Part shown: piece after piece, positions 19,334-32,919 of the stretch
How positions within the stretch are numbered: the stretch's first letter is position 1
Layout of the letters: the number at the start of each line of letters is the position of its first letter
NCBI GenBank assembly: GCA_963750165.1
Contig: CAVVPN010000011.1
Span: 2,144,001-2,208,000, forward strand
Source: an uncultured Gemmataceae bacterium
GTDB taxonomy: Bacteria > Planctomycetota > Planctomycetia > Gemmatales > Gemmataceae
Direction: 5' to 3'
DNA: 64,000 nt
Notes under the pieces: model-generated
Databases searched by the model: none
The model's input: the letters and a program-made list of their open reading frames with translations, nothing else
What the model was told of the DNA's origin: nothing
Translations under genes and position numbers: made by a program

Positions 19334-19720
19334 ATGGCGGCGCCGCCTCACGAACTCAACTGGCACTTCGGTTGGTGGCTGGTGCTCAGCGCCTTCGTCA
19401 CCGGGGCGCTGCTGGGCCTGTGCTTCCACCGCGACGACTTCCTGGGCGGCTACCACAGCTTTCGTCGCCGGCTGCTGCGGCTGGGCCACATCGCCCAGGC
19501 GGCCCTGGGCATGATGAACGTGCTGTACAGCCTGTCGCCCTGGCCGGCCACCGCCACGCGCGCGGCGGACGTGGCGGCCTGGGGCTTCCTGGTTGGCGGC
19601 GTGTCCATGCCGGCGGTCTGCTTTCTGACAGCCTGGAAGACGCCGTTTCGCCATCTGTTCTTCATCCCGGTGACGGCGCTGATTGTCGCCGTCACTACCA
19701 CGCTGCGGGGAGTGCCCTGA
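19334..19720 (+). CDS. Membrane protein of unknown function
   Basis: Four hydrophobic segments, LGGY.SFRRRLLRLGHIA motif, abuts the radical SAM gene. Confidence 0.7.
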   Translation: MAAPPHELNWHFGWWLVLSAFVTGALLGLCFHRDDFLGGYHSFRRRLLRLGHIAQAALGMMNVLYSLSPWPATATRAADVAAWGFLVGGVSMPAVCFLTAWKTPFRHLFFIPVTALIVAVTTTLRGVP

Positions 19721-21078
19721 ATGAAGATCGGCTTGCTGGCCATGAGTGGCATCCGGGCCCACGACCAGAAGTTGCTGGACCTGGGCCTGACGTTGCCCGG
19801 CGTGCTGGAGCGCAGCCAGGTGGTGGCGTCGCTGCCGAGCCTGGGCCTGCTCTACCTCGCCGCGGTGACGCCGCCCGGCCACGAACTGCACTACTTCGAG
19901 GCCGCCGCCGACGGCGCCGAGCCGGCCGCCCTGTATGACTGCGACCTCGTGGCCATTAGCACCTTTTCCGCACAGGTCTTCGAGGCGTACGCCATCGCCG
20001 ACCGACTGCGGCGCGCGGCGTGCGCGTGGCGATGGGCGGCCTGCACGTGACCGTGCGCCCCGACGAGGCCGCGCGACACGCTGACGACATCTGTCTCGGC
20101 GAGGGCGAGGTCATCTGGGCCGACCTGGTGCGTGCCGCCGCGCGCGACCCGGTGCCGCCGCGCGTCTGGGACGCCACCAAACTGCCGCCGCTCGACGTGC
20201 GCCGGCTGCCGACGCCGCGCTTCGATCTGCTGGCGGACCGGCCGTACAACCGCTTCACGGTGCAGACCTCGCGCGGCTGTCCGTGGCGCTGCGACTTCTG
20301 TGCCTCCAACGTGATGCTCGGCCGGCCCTACCGCAAGCGGCCCGTCGCCGACGTGCTCCGCGACCTGAAAGCGGTCGCCAAAGTCCGCAAACGGCCGTTC
20401 ATCGAGTTCGCGGACGACAATACCTTCGTGGACAAGGAATGGGGCAAGGAGTTGTGCCGCCAGCTGGTGCCGCTGCGGCTGAAGTGGTTCACCGAAACCG
20501 ACATCTCCGTGGCGGACGATGAGGAACTGCTGCGGCTGCTGCGACAGTCGCGCTGCCGGCAGTTGCTGATCGGTCTGGAGAGTCCGACGCGCAGCGCCCT
20601 GGAGGGCATCGAGCTGCACGCCAACTTCAAGGCCCGCCGCTGGCGTGACGCGAAGGAAGCACTGCGGCGCATCCAGGCGCACGGCGTCACGGTCAACGGC
20701 TGCTTCGTGCTCGGCCTGGACCGGCACACGCCGGAGGTGTTCGAGGAGGTGCTGGATTTCGCGCTGGACGTGCCGCTGTACGACGTGCAAATCACCGTGC
20801 TGACGCCGTTCCCCGGCACGCCGCTGTACGACCGGCTGCTGCGCGAGGGTCGCATCCTGCGTCCGGAGCGCTGGGACCTGTGTACGCTCTTTGACGTGAA
20901 CTACCGGCCGCTGAACATGACCGAAGACGAGCTGCGCGAGGGGCTGTACTGGCTGACGGAGCGGCTGTACAGCGCCGAGGGCAATGAGCGGCGCAAGCGG
21001 CCGTTCTTCGAGGCGCTATGGCAGCAACACGACGCCAGCGACCTGGCCTGGGACGTGGCCCAGTTGGCGGCGCGGTAG
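19721..21078 (+). CDS. B12-binding-domain radical SAM protein (frameshift near 20015)
   Basis: PSLGLLYLAA, GGLHVT, TSRGCPWRCDFC. Confidence 0.9.
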
Positions 21079-21171
21079 GCGTCGGAATGCTTCAAGGTGC
21101 TTTCGGCTTTCCGTGTGCCAGGGTAAAATCATCGTTGATTTTCCGCCATGCCCCAACCGCCGAGCGCCGTT

Positions 21172-21457
21172 ATGACCCACTCCCATCCGCACGCCTTCAC
21201 TTCCCTGCGCCCGCTGGAGCGCGAGGGCCTGTTGCTGCACAGCCGCCGTAATTTCCTCGGTGATGTCGCTGGCGCTGGCGGGCGGCGGCTTCCGGCACGG
21301 TCAGGTGATCGGCGCCACGGAAGCGGATGGCGGCCAGATCAAGGAGCGGCCAGTGACGCCCGGCGATCTGGCGGCGACGATTTACCATCATCTGGAAGTG
21401 CCGCTGAACACGACGTATCAGGATGCGACGGGCCGGCCGCGCTTCGTGTTTTCGTGA
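21172..21457 (+). pseudogene. Internally deleted DUF1501 gene remnant
   Basis: N-terminal …SRRNFL joined directly to C-terminal LAGGGFRHGQVIGAT…PVTPGDLAATIYHHL…GRP. Confidence 0.75.
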
Positions 21458-21463
21458 TTGGTC

Positions 21464-22756
21464 TTATTTCTTTCCGATGCACATAAGATGGCGGTCGGTG
21501 CGAAAGTACCAGCGGCCGTCCAGCAGCGCCGGGGACGCCAGCGTCTTCTCGCCCAGGTGGTTGACGTGCAACAGCTGGAACGCCTTGCCCGCCTTCAGCA
21601 CGAAGGTGTCGCCATCATCGTTGGTGACGAACACCTTGCCGTTGACGGCCACCGGCGTCGAGGAGATGCCCTCCTTCTTCGGCTCGCCGAGCCGGCCCTG
21701 CCACAGCAGCTTGCCCGACTTCGCGTCGAAGCACGACACCACGCTGATGATGTCGTTGATGGTGTACAGCTCGTCGCCGTAGACCAGTGGGCTCGGCACG
21801 AACGGCGAGCCCTTGAGCGTCTTCCACAGCAGATGCGTTTTCGTCACGTCGCCGGCGGCGCCCGCGGGGCGGATGGCCAGCGTCGGGCCGGCACGGCCGG
21901 AGCAGCAGAACAGCAGCCCGTGACCAACCGCCGGCGCCGGGATCACTTCCACGAGGTTGCCCGCACACGTCCACAGCACCTTGCCGTTGTCCGGGTCGTA
22001 GGCGTAAACGGTGAACTGACTGCTGACGATGAGCTGGTCCTTGCCGTTGACGCGGATGGCGACGGGCGAACCCCAGCCGACCGTTTCCTTGCGCGGCACC
22101 TTCCAAAGTTCCTTGCCGGTGCGCTTGTCGAAGGCGGCCACGAAGGAGCCGGACTTGCCGCGGTGCTCCTGGAAGAGGATGATGCGGTCCTTGTAGAGCA
22201 GCGGCGTGCAGGCGGTGCCGTGGTAGGCGTCGAACGGCCCGAGCGGCACATGCCAGACCTGTTTGCCGTCGAGATCGACACACAGCAAACCGTCGTTGCC
22301 GAAGTAGGCGTAGACCCGTTCGCCGTCGGTGCTCGCCGAGCCCGAGGCCCAACCGTTCTTGCCCTGCACCTTCTCCGGAGCGCCCGCCGGGGCGGCCGTC
22401 TCCCAGAGCAGTTTGCCGTCGGCCCGATTCAGGCAGACGATGGAGCGCTGCTTGCCCTTGTCGTGGGCGGTGGTCAGGAAAATGCGGTCCTTGAAGATGA
22501 TCGGCGACGAGTTGCCGCGGCCGGGCAGCGGCACCTTCCAGAGCACGTTGTCGGTGGCGGACCATTGATCGGGATAGGGGCCGTCGGGCACGACGTTCTG
22601 ACCGCCGGGGCCGCGCCAGCGCGGCCAGTATTTCGCGGCCTCACCCTCGGCGGGGACCATCTCGACGTTACCGACAGATTGCTGGGCGGCAACACGGGGA
22701 GCGGGCAGGCAGGCCAGCACGGCGGCGGCCAGGACAATGGTGGGAATGCGCGTCAT
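21464..22756 (-). CDS. PQQ-binding-like beta-propeller protein
   Basis: Signal peptide, WPRWRGP, WKVPLPGRGNSSP, repeated GKxLW. Confidence 0.9.
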   Translation of the reverse strand: MTRIPTIVLAAAVLACLPAPRVAAQQSVGNVEMVPAEGEAAKYWPRWRGPGGQNVVPDGPYPDQWSATDNVLWKVPLPGRGNSSPIIFKDRIFLTTAHDKGKQRSIVCLNRADGKLLWETAAPAGAPEKVQGKNGWASGSASTDGERVYAYFGNDGLLCVDLDGKQVWHVPLGPFDAYHGTACTPLLYKDRIILFQEHRGKSGSFVAAFDKRTGKELWKVPRKETVGWGSPVAIRVNGKDQLIVSSQFTVYAYDPDNGKVLWTCAGNLVEVIPAPAVGHGLLFCCSGRAGPTLAIRPAGAAGDVTKTHLLWKTLKGSPFVPSPLVYGDELYTINDIISVVSCFDAKSGKLLWQGRLGEPKKEGISSTPVAVNGKVFVTNDDGDTFVLKAGKAFQLLHVNHLGEKTLASPALLDGRWYFRTDRHLMCIGKK

Positions 22757-22876
22757 GACGGAACAGCCTCTCGGCGGGTGGTTGGCAGTTGTACCTCTGT
22801 TGTACCCCACTGGCGATCGCGCCAAAGACCCCGTTTCGCGCGAAACGCGAAACGGGGTCAAATGAGACAGGGCGCG

Positions 22877-23359
22877 TTACTCGTCAGCGGTCAGGTCCGC
22901 AACGAGGCGGGCCACCACTTCATGCGTCAGCGCGAAGGTTACCTGGCTGCGCGGCTCGGCGGTCGCCAGGGAGCCCTGGAAGCGCCGGACGCGCACCTCG
23001 GTGGTGTTCCGCAGCAGCACTTCGTAATACAGCCGCTTGTCGCCGCGGACACTGGGGGCGGCGCTGCGCAACAGGGCCTCGCGGCGTGCGTCGTCCACCT
23101 CGAGCACCTTGAGCGGCTCGACCAGCCCATTGACGCGACTGGCGACGCGCGCCGCCCAGCTGGCCAGGTTGGCACCTTCGGGGGACGGACGGGTGCGCTG
23201 CAGCGTCAGCTCCCAGAGCAAGCAGCCGAGTTCATCGCACCGGTCAGCGGTGAGCGTCACCGTCCAGCCGGCGTCCGGGTCAGGGATGTTCAGTTGCTGC
23301 CGGCTCGTTTTGGGCCGCCATTCAGTGAGCTTTTCCAGAACCGTGTTTTCTAGGGTCAT
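22877..23359 (-). CDS. Hypothetical protein downstream of spoVR
   Basis: 160-aa ORF overlapping the spoVR end. Confidence 0.7.
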   Translation of the reverse strand: MTLENTVLEKLTEWRPKTSRQQLNIPDPDAGWTVTLTADRCDELGCLLWELTLQRTRPSPEGANLASWAARVASRVNGLVEPLKVLEVDDARREALLRSAAPSVRGDKRLYYEVLLRNTTEVRVRRFQGSLATAEPRSQVTFALTHEVVARLVADLTADE

Positions 23360-24872
23360 CGGCTTCTCCCAAAGTTCGGATGGTGTGATCTGCGCCATCG
23401 AACGACAGCAGGCTGGGCTTGTCGTCGATGACGGTTTGCAGGTGGACCGGGCGACTCCAGATGTATTGTACGTTCGCCAGCGTGTCCGAGGCGGCGTCGA
23501 GTTTCAAATCGATGCCGTTGTGCTCGTGCCTGAGCAGCAGTTCACCGCGGTTGCGGTAGTTGCCGTCCACGACGTAAATCCACGGTTTGCCGAAGTTCGT
23601 CAGGCTGAAGAGCAAGCGCTGCTTGACCTTCTGGAACTCGCGCGACTCGATGACGTAATTGCCGGTCTGCTCCTGGTAGGCGAAGGAGAACATCTTGTGT
23701 TCCTGACAGAATTCGGGCGTCAGGAAGGTCTCGATGAAGGTAATATCGTTGTGGACGCGGCGGACCTCAAAGATTTTTTGTCGGCCGAGGCCGAGTTTTT
23801 TGTCCCACTGGCGGCGGGCCTCCACATCGTCGCAGTCGTCGTACTCCTTGCCGAACTTGCCGGTGTTCCAGCGGTGCTCGATGTCGCGGAGGAGTTCGAT
23901 GCCCAGCTTGTAGGGGTTGATCCGGCCGCGCTGCATGGCCACGGTGCCGGAGTGGTGGTCGGCGTAGTCGATCACCTCCGACGGGCTCAGGGCTTTCTGC
24001 GTCATGATGGTGGAATGCCAGAACGAGGCCCAGCCTTCATTGAGGACTTTTGTCATACCTTGAGGAGTAAAATAATACGCCTCATCGCGGATGATGGACA
24101 GCACGTCGCGCTGCCACGGTTTGAGCGGCGCGTGCTCGATCAGGAACAGCAGCACGTCCTTCTCGGGTCGCTCGGGGAAGCTCTTCGCCGCCTGCTCGCG
24201 CAACTTCTTCCGCTCCTCCTCCTCGGCCTTGAGCGCCGCGCGCGGGTTGATGTAATCATCCATGTAGTCCTTGCTCTTGAAGCGCGTCAGCTTGAGCGTC
24301 TCGTCCTCCGGTTCCTTGAAGTCGAAGCGCGACACGTCCTCACGGCGGCGGATGGCGGTCGAGTGGATATCGATCAGATCGTCAATCGACATGCAGCGGT
24401 CGATGAACGACTCCACCTCGTCCTCGCCGTACTTCTCCACGTAGCGCCGGAGGCGGACGCCGTGGTTCGCCATCTCGTCCATCATCTTGCGACTAGTGTG
24501 CGCGAAGTAGGCGTTGTTCTTGAAAAAATCGCAGTGCCCGTAGACGTGCGCCATCACCAACTTCTGGTCAATTGTATGATTGCTGCGCATCAGATACGCA
24601 TAGCACGGGTCATTGTTAATGACCATTTCATAGATCTTCGACAGGCCGTAGTCGTAGCCCTTCTTGAGTTCCTCAAAGGCCATGCCGAACGACCAGTGCG
24701 GATAGCGCGTGGGGAAGCCGCCGTAGGCCGCGACCTCGTTCAGGTCCTCGCCATCGAGCACCTCGAAGATCGTCTCATAAAAATCGAGGCCGTAGTCGCG
24801 CGCGTAGCCCTCAATCTCTTTCTTGAGGGCTCGCAGGTCCGGCGGCAGGTTCGTGCTATACGGGATGCCCAT
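23322..24872 (-). CDS. spoVR: SpoVR family protein
   Basis: GFPTRYPHWSFG, IYEMVIN, AHVYGHCDFFKNN, TKVLNEGWASFWH. Confidence 0.95.
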   Translation of the reverse strand: MGIPYSTNLPPDLRALKKEIEGYARDYGLDFYETIFEVLDGEDLNEVAAYGGFPTRYPHWSFGMAFEELKKGYDYGLSKIYEMVINNDPCYAYLMRSNHTIDQKLVMAHVYGHCDFFKNNAYFAHTSRKMMDEMANHGVRLRRYVEKYGEDEVESFIDRCMSIDDLIDIHSTAIRRREDVSRFDFKEPEDETLKLTRFKSKDYMDDYINPRAALKAEEEERKKLREQAAKSFPERPEKDVLLFLIEHAPLKPWQRDVLSIIRDEAYYFTPQGMTKVLNEGWASFWHSTIMTQKALSPSEVIDYADHHSGTVAMQRGRINPYKLGIELLRDIEHRWNTGKFGKEYDDCDDVEARRQWDKKLGLGRQKIFEVRRVHNDITFIETFLTPEFCQEHKMFSFAYQEQTGNYVIESREFQKVKQRLLFSLTNFGKPWIYVVDGNYRNRGELLLRHEHNGIDLKLDAASDTLANVQYIWSRPVHLQTVIDDKPSLLSFDGADHTIRTLGEADDPRKHGSGKAH

Positions 24873-24949
24873 GTTTCACGATTGGGTTGATGACTTCGTT
24901 AGCGTCTCACCAACGTCACAATTAAACCGGTTTTTCAGCAACTCCAGAG

Positions 24950-26050
24950 TTACCGCCCCGTGCCCAGAAACTCCTTGATCGACCCCAGGATCGCCTCGCG
25001 ATCCGGGATGCGGCTCGCCACCACATTGTTCTTCTCGCCCAGCATCTCGTGGATGTAGTCGAAGAACTCGCCGCTGCCGTACGGGCTCTCCACCTGGCCA
25101 TAGCCGAACAGGTTCAACTTCGGCAGTAACTTCTCCGTCAAGATCTCGATACAGTGCGGAATGTCGTCACCCCAGTTGTCGCCGTCGCTGAAGTGGAACG
25201 CATACAGGTTCCACTGGTCCGGCGGATACTTGGCGTTAATCACCTTGTCCGCCAGTGCGTACGCCGAGCTGATCTTGGTGCCGCCGCTCTCGCGCGTGTG
25301 ATAGAACGTGTGCTCGTCCACCAGGTGGGCCACCGCGTCGTGGATGATGTACACGTTTTCAATGCCCTTGTAGTGGGCCTTGAGCCATGTATCAATCCAG
25401 AACGCCTCAATGCGTACGATCTCCTTTTGCTCGTCGGTCATCGAGCCGGACACGTCCATCATGTAAATGATGCAGGCGACGCTCTCCGGCTTGTTGACCT
25501 CCTTCCACGACCGGTACTGCTTGTCGGCGCGGATGGGCACGACAATTGGATCGTGCGGGTCGTAGGTGCCGGAGGAGATTTGCCGCTTCAGCGCCTTCTT
25601 GAAGGTGCGCTTGAAGTGGCGCAGCGACTCGGGGCCAGCCTGGCGGATGCCCGTATATTTGTCACGTGTCGTGACGATGTTCTTCTTGCCGCGCGGCTCG
25701 ATGCGCGGCAGCGCCAGCTCCTCGCCGAGGATGTCGGCGAGTTCCTGCAGGGTCAGCTCGACCTCCAGGATGTGGCCGCCGGGCTGGTCGCCGGCCTGCG
25801 GGTCGCCGTCCTGCTGCGGCGCGGTCAGCGGCTGGCCGGGGTCGCCGTCGCCCTGGCCGACGCCGCCGGAGCCTTTCTGGCCGTAGCGGAATTGCGGCAG
25901 GTTGATCTGCGGCAGCGGAATGCTGACCAGGTCGCGGCCCTTCTTGCCGATCATCTCGCCGCGGCTGATGTATTTGCCCAGGTTGCTCTTTACTTTACCG
26001 CGCACCAGCTTGCGGAACCGCTGATGATCGCGCTCGATTTTCTGTCCCAT
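24950..26050 (-). CDS. YeaH/YhbH (DUF444) vWA-like protein
   Basis: MMDVSGSM, ESGGTKISSAY, HFSDGDNW. Confidence 0.93.
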   Translation of the reverse strand: MGQKIERDHQRFRKLVRGKVKSNLGKYISRGEMIGKKGRDLVSIPLPQINLPQFRYGQKGSGGVGQGDGDPGQPLTAPQQDGDPQAGDQPGGHILEVELTLQELADILGEELALPRIEPRGKKNIVTTRDKYTGIRQAGPESLRHFKRTFKKALKRQISSGTYDPHDPIVVPIRADKQYRSWKEVNKPESVACIIYMMDVSGSMTDEQKEIVRIEAFWIDTWLKAHYKGIENVYIIHDAVAHLVDEHTFYHTRESGGTKISSAYALADKVINAKYPPDQWNLYAFHFSDGDNWGDDIPHCIEILTEKLLPKLNLFGYGQVESPYGSGEFFDYIHEMLGEKNNVVASRIPDREAILGSIKEFLGTGR

Positions 26051-26075
26051 GGTTAGCTCTCGTATTCTGCGGCCG

Positions 26076-26357
26076 TCAAGCCGGCTCCTCGGCCGGCGCC
26101 CGGGCCGTTCGGTCGCGCTCCTCGGAGTAGTAAGGCGGCCGGCCCGCGTTCTGGGCGCGCATCTCGAAGCCGCACGCCGCGCAAAGGAACCACGTCCGAT
26201 ACAGGGCTTCAGTCGGGTGGGTAAACCACACCGACACACAGGGCCGGCCGCAGGACGGGCAGGGCAACTCATCCAGCTGCCCCGCCGTCGCCGCCTGCAA
26301 CAGGGCCACCCTGGGCGCCAGGTCGGTCGCCTGGGAGGGGAAACTTTCTTGCATCAT
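26076..26357 (-). CDS. Small Zn-ribbon protein
   Basis: CPSCG…CAACG; GGAGG RBS. Confidence 0.6.
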   Translation of the reverse strand: MMQESFPSQATDLAPRVALLQAATAGQLDELPCPSCGRPCVSVWFTHPTEALYRTWFLCAACGFEMRAQNAGRPPYYSEERDRTARAPAEEPA

Positions 26358-26619
26358 GGACCTCCTCCTCCAGCGCCCGTGCAGTGCCGGGCACGAATGC
26401 CCATTCGAGATCGTGGGCTTTCTGCCTGTGGTGCAATAACTCCTCCTCCAGAACGTGGGCCAACATCGCTTGGGAGGAAAAAGCTTCGTGGCCGAGGACG
26501 GCGCCGTCGGCCAGGCACATCGCCCGATACCCCGTCGGCATGTCAGCTCGAATCAGCACTTGCAAAGGACCAGTATCATAACCCGCCCCCAGCAGCGCCA
26601 CGACCGCGGCCCGGATCAT
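26269..26619 (-). CDS. Hypothetical protein with an HVLEEELLH motif
   Basis: Coding-like ORF between prkA and yeaH; the start may lie ~40 nt further upstream. Confidence 0.5.
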   Translation of the reverse strand: MIRAAVVALLGAGYDTGPLQVLIRADMPTGYRAMCLADGAVLGHEAFSSQAMLAHVLEEELLHHRQKAHDLEWAFVPGTARALEEEVHDARKFPLPGDRPGAQGGPVAGGDGGAAG

Positions 26620-26682
26620 CGCCTCCTCGGCCGCGCTGAATCCGTTCAGCTGAATGGCCCACCTCCCGCCACCAGACCGCGA

Positions 26683-30048
<3,366 letters not shown>

Positions 30049-30524
30049 CTGTGTCATCTCCTGTGCGGCGCCGCGGCGCCGGACCAAAGCTCACTGGCAC
30101 CTCGCCAGTCGTCGTGGCCGGTGTTGGCACGGCCGCGCCGGGGCACTGCGCGGCCAACGACGGCAGGACAAGCAAGGTGCGAGACAACGCGTCAAAGGGA
30201 GAAACAAGGTCGGCAAACAGGTTGGTGATTGCACGGGCGTTGATCTGCCCTTCTCGTTCCTGAGCGCTGTACGTCCATTCCCAATTTTAACCGGCCTCCC
30301 CCGATTCCGTCAAACGTTGCCGGCACCGCCCCCGGGTGGAGAGGTTGCCGCAAAGATGCGGCCCGTCACTTTCATTCTACAGTAACGGGACGAGAAAATG
30401 GCGCCTCGCGAGTGGGTTTCTTCCCGTTTTGTTGAGAGGCGGCCCGGGGCGGTGTTCACGACAGCAGCATACGCTTTTTCACCAGGGTATTGTCAAGACC
30501 GGTTTGCCGACGAGGCCGCCGGCG

Positions 30525-30815
30525 CTACCGGGACACCTGGACTCCGCGACGGCCGGCCGGCGCCGGAGCGGACTCGCGCAGACGGTCCAGCAACCGCGTC
30601 AGGCTCAGGTCGGCGATGCCGGGGAACATCTCCATCTGCACCGCCAGGGCCGCCAGGATGTGCTCGTCGCGCAGCAGGCCCATTTCGCGGCCCACCTGGC
30701 CAAACTTGGCCCGGCCGCCGCGCCGCCGCAGGGCCTCGACCACCTGCTCCCGCTCCGCGGACGTCAGGACGCCGAGGTCCACCAAAATGTCGCCGAGCCG
30801 TTTGCGGTCGCGCAT
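30525..30815 (-). CDS. Stand-alone MshEN-like (c-di-GMP receptor-type) protein
   Basis: RLGDILVDLGVLT… and KFGQVGREMGLL…ILAALAVQ tandem motifs. Confidence 0.7.
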   Translation of the reverse strand: MRDRKRLGDILVDLGVLTSAEREQVVEALRRRGGRAKFGQVGREMGLLRDEHILAALAVQMEMFPGIADLSLTRLLDRLRESAPAPAGRRGVQVSR

Positions 30816-30947
30816 GTGCCGACTCCTGCCGGTGCCGTCCCACGCCGCCGCCCGGAAATGACGCGACGCCGGCGGGAACCCTGAACAACTATAGCTCATG
30901 CCCAGGGCGTTCCCCGAAGGGCAGCCGGCCGCCGCCAGGACGCCAAC

Positions 30948-30996
30948 TCTCGACGTATGAAAAAGTTGGCCCCCTTGGCCCCCTTGGCCCCCTTGC
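30948..30996 (+). repeat. Dispersed intergenic motif, copy 1
   Basis: TCTCGACGTATGAAAAAG(TTGGCCCCC)3TTGC; related copies at 40939 and 58671. Confidence 0.8.
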
Positions 30997-31194
30997 TGCG
31001 AAACACGAGGCCACCGGGAGGCAGCGGTTGCCAGCCGTTGGAGGCCGGTTCGGGTGCCTCGCCCGCTCGGAAATCGAGCAACGCACGTTGATTCTGCTTG
31101 CGTCCGGCCACCGTGCCCGGTAGCATGCCGGAATAATTTGCTCCGTTCGCCCCGAACCCCATCGTTGCCGCTCGCGCCGGCCGGAGTACGCCTG

Positions 31195-31551
31195 ATGCTC
31201 AACTTGAAAATCCTGAACGACCAGGGCGACCCGGTGCAGGTCCAGTGTGAGGGCAACCTCAGCCGCCTGGACCTGGCCGAGAATCTGTCGCCGTTTGAAC
31301 ATTTTTTGGGCCCTGGCGGCTTCGCACGGCAGGTCCAGCTGAATCTGGAGCAAGTCGAGTTCATCGACTCCAACGGTATTGGCTGGCTGGTCGAGTGCCA
31401 CAAGCGCTTTCGCGCCGCCGGCGGCGGCCTGAGCCTCTGCAAGCTGCCGCCGCGCATCCTGCAGGTGCTGCAATTCTGCAAACTGGATCGGTATTTCCAC
31501 ATCATCCGCGACAACGGCGGCAGCCCCGCCGCCGGAGGCACCCAGGCATGA
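31195..31551 (+). CDS. STAS domain protein (anti-sigma antagonist-like)
   Basis: LNLEQVEFIDSNGIGWLV. Confidence 0.88.
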   Translation: MLNLKILNDQGDPVQVQCEGNLSRLDLAENLSPFEHFLGPGGFARQVQLNLEQVEFIDSNGIGWLVECHKRFRAAGGGLSLCKLPPRILQVLQFCKLDRYFHIIRDNGGSPAAGGTQA

Positions 31552-32783
31552 AAGATGTGCCGCCCCAGACCACCTACCACCTCGACGTTGCCACCCTGCC
31601 GCCAGAGCAAGCCGTCCACCGCATCCTGGAGCGCGCCGCTGAGGTCCACGCCAGCGATGTGTTCTTCGCCACCAACGAGACGCACGTGGCGGTGGCGATG
31701 CGGCACCTCGGGCTGCTGCGGCCGTTGACGCTGTTGCCGGCCGATCTCGGCAAGCGCTGTCTGGCCCACGTCAAGGCCATCGCCAACATGGACGTGGCCG
31801 AGAAGCGCCGCCCTTCCGACGGCCGCCGGCTCTACAAGCGCGACAACGGTGGCATCCTCGACCTGCGCATCAACACGCTGCCAACGCTGTACGGCGAGGA
31901 CTTTTGCTTGCGGCTGCTGGAGCGCGACTCGCGGCTGTTGCGGACAGACCAGCTCGGATTGGTGCGGCACGACTACAACCGCCTGCTGGCGATGTTGCAG
32001 AGCCCCAGCGGCCTGATCCTGGTGACCGGCCCGACCGGCAGCGGCAAGACCACCACGCTGTACGCCTGCCTGTCGTTCCTGTGCAACGGCGAGCGCAAGA
32101 TCAACACCATTGAAGACCCGGTGGAGTACGCCCTGGCGGGCATCCGTCAGTCGCAGATCAACCTCAAAATTGGCGTGGACTTCCCGGAATTGCTGCGGAG
32201 CGTGCTGCGGCAAGCGCCGGACGTCATCATGATCGGCGAAATCCGCGACGCGCTGACGGCGGCGACGGCGGTGCGGGCGGCCAACAGCGGCCATCTGGTG
32301 CTGGCGACGCTGCACGCGCCGGTGGCGGCGGCGGCGGTCGAGAGCATGCTCGGCCTGGGTGTGCCGGCGCACTTCCTGGCCAGTTCGCTGCTGGGCTGCA
32401 TCGCCCAGCGGCTGCTGCGCACGCTCTGTCCACAATGCCGGGTGTCGTACTCCCCCGGCGAGGCGCTGCCGATGTTCGAGGAGGTGCGGCGCTGGTTGCA
32501 GCCGAACCAGGGGCAGGTGCTGTACACCGCCGGGGCGTGCGAGCACTGCCTGCACACCGGCTACGCCGACCGCACCGGCGTCTTCGAGGTGCTGACCGTC
32601 GGCAAGGAAATCCGAAAATTGATCCTGGCCGAGCAACCCACCCAGGCGCTGCGCCACAAGGCCATCGAGGAGGGCATGATCGAATTCCGCCATGCGGCGC
32701 TGCTCCGCGTGGCCCAGGGCGACACCACCGTTGAGGAAGTGTTCCGCGCCGTGCCGTCGGAGTACCTGGGCATGGAAGAATGA
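31548..32783 (+). CDS. GspE/PilB-family ATPase lacking the N-terminal extension
   Basis: GPTGSGKTTT, TIEDPVEY, LRQAPDVIMIGEIRD, GHLVLATLH, tetracysteine motif; 411 aa. Confidence 0.93.
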   Translation: MKDVPPQTTYHLDVATLPPEQAVHRILERAAEVHASDVFFATNETHVAVAMRHLGLLRPLTLLPADLGKRCLAHVKAIANMDVAEKRRPSDGRRLYKRDNGGILDLRINTLPTLYGEDFCLRLLERDSRLLRTDQLGLVRHDYNRLLAMLQSPSGLILVTGPTGSGKTTTLYACLSFLCNGERKINTIEDPVEYALAGIRQSQINLKIGVDFPELLRSVLRQAPDVIMIGEIRDALTAATAVRAANSGHLVLATLHAPVAAAAVESMLGLGVPAHFLASSLLGCIAQRLLRTLCPQCRVSYSPGEALPMFEEVRRWLQPNQGQVLYTAGACEHCLHTGYADRTGVFEVLTVGKEIRKLILAEQPTQALRHKAIEEGMIEFRHAALLRVAQGDTTVEEVFRAVPSEYLGMEE

Positions 32784-32919
32784 GGCACCGCGGCGAGCCG
32801 GCCCCCATCTTGTCCCGCTTGCCACGGCCGCACGCTCCCCTTGACACCGCGACAAAAGCCGGGGTATTTTCCGATCCGGCCGGCGGTCGGCCACGAGGGT
32901 TCCGGTGGAAGGGGCGACC

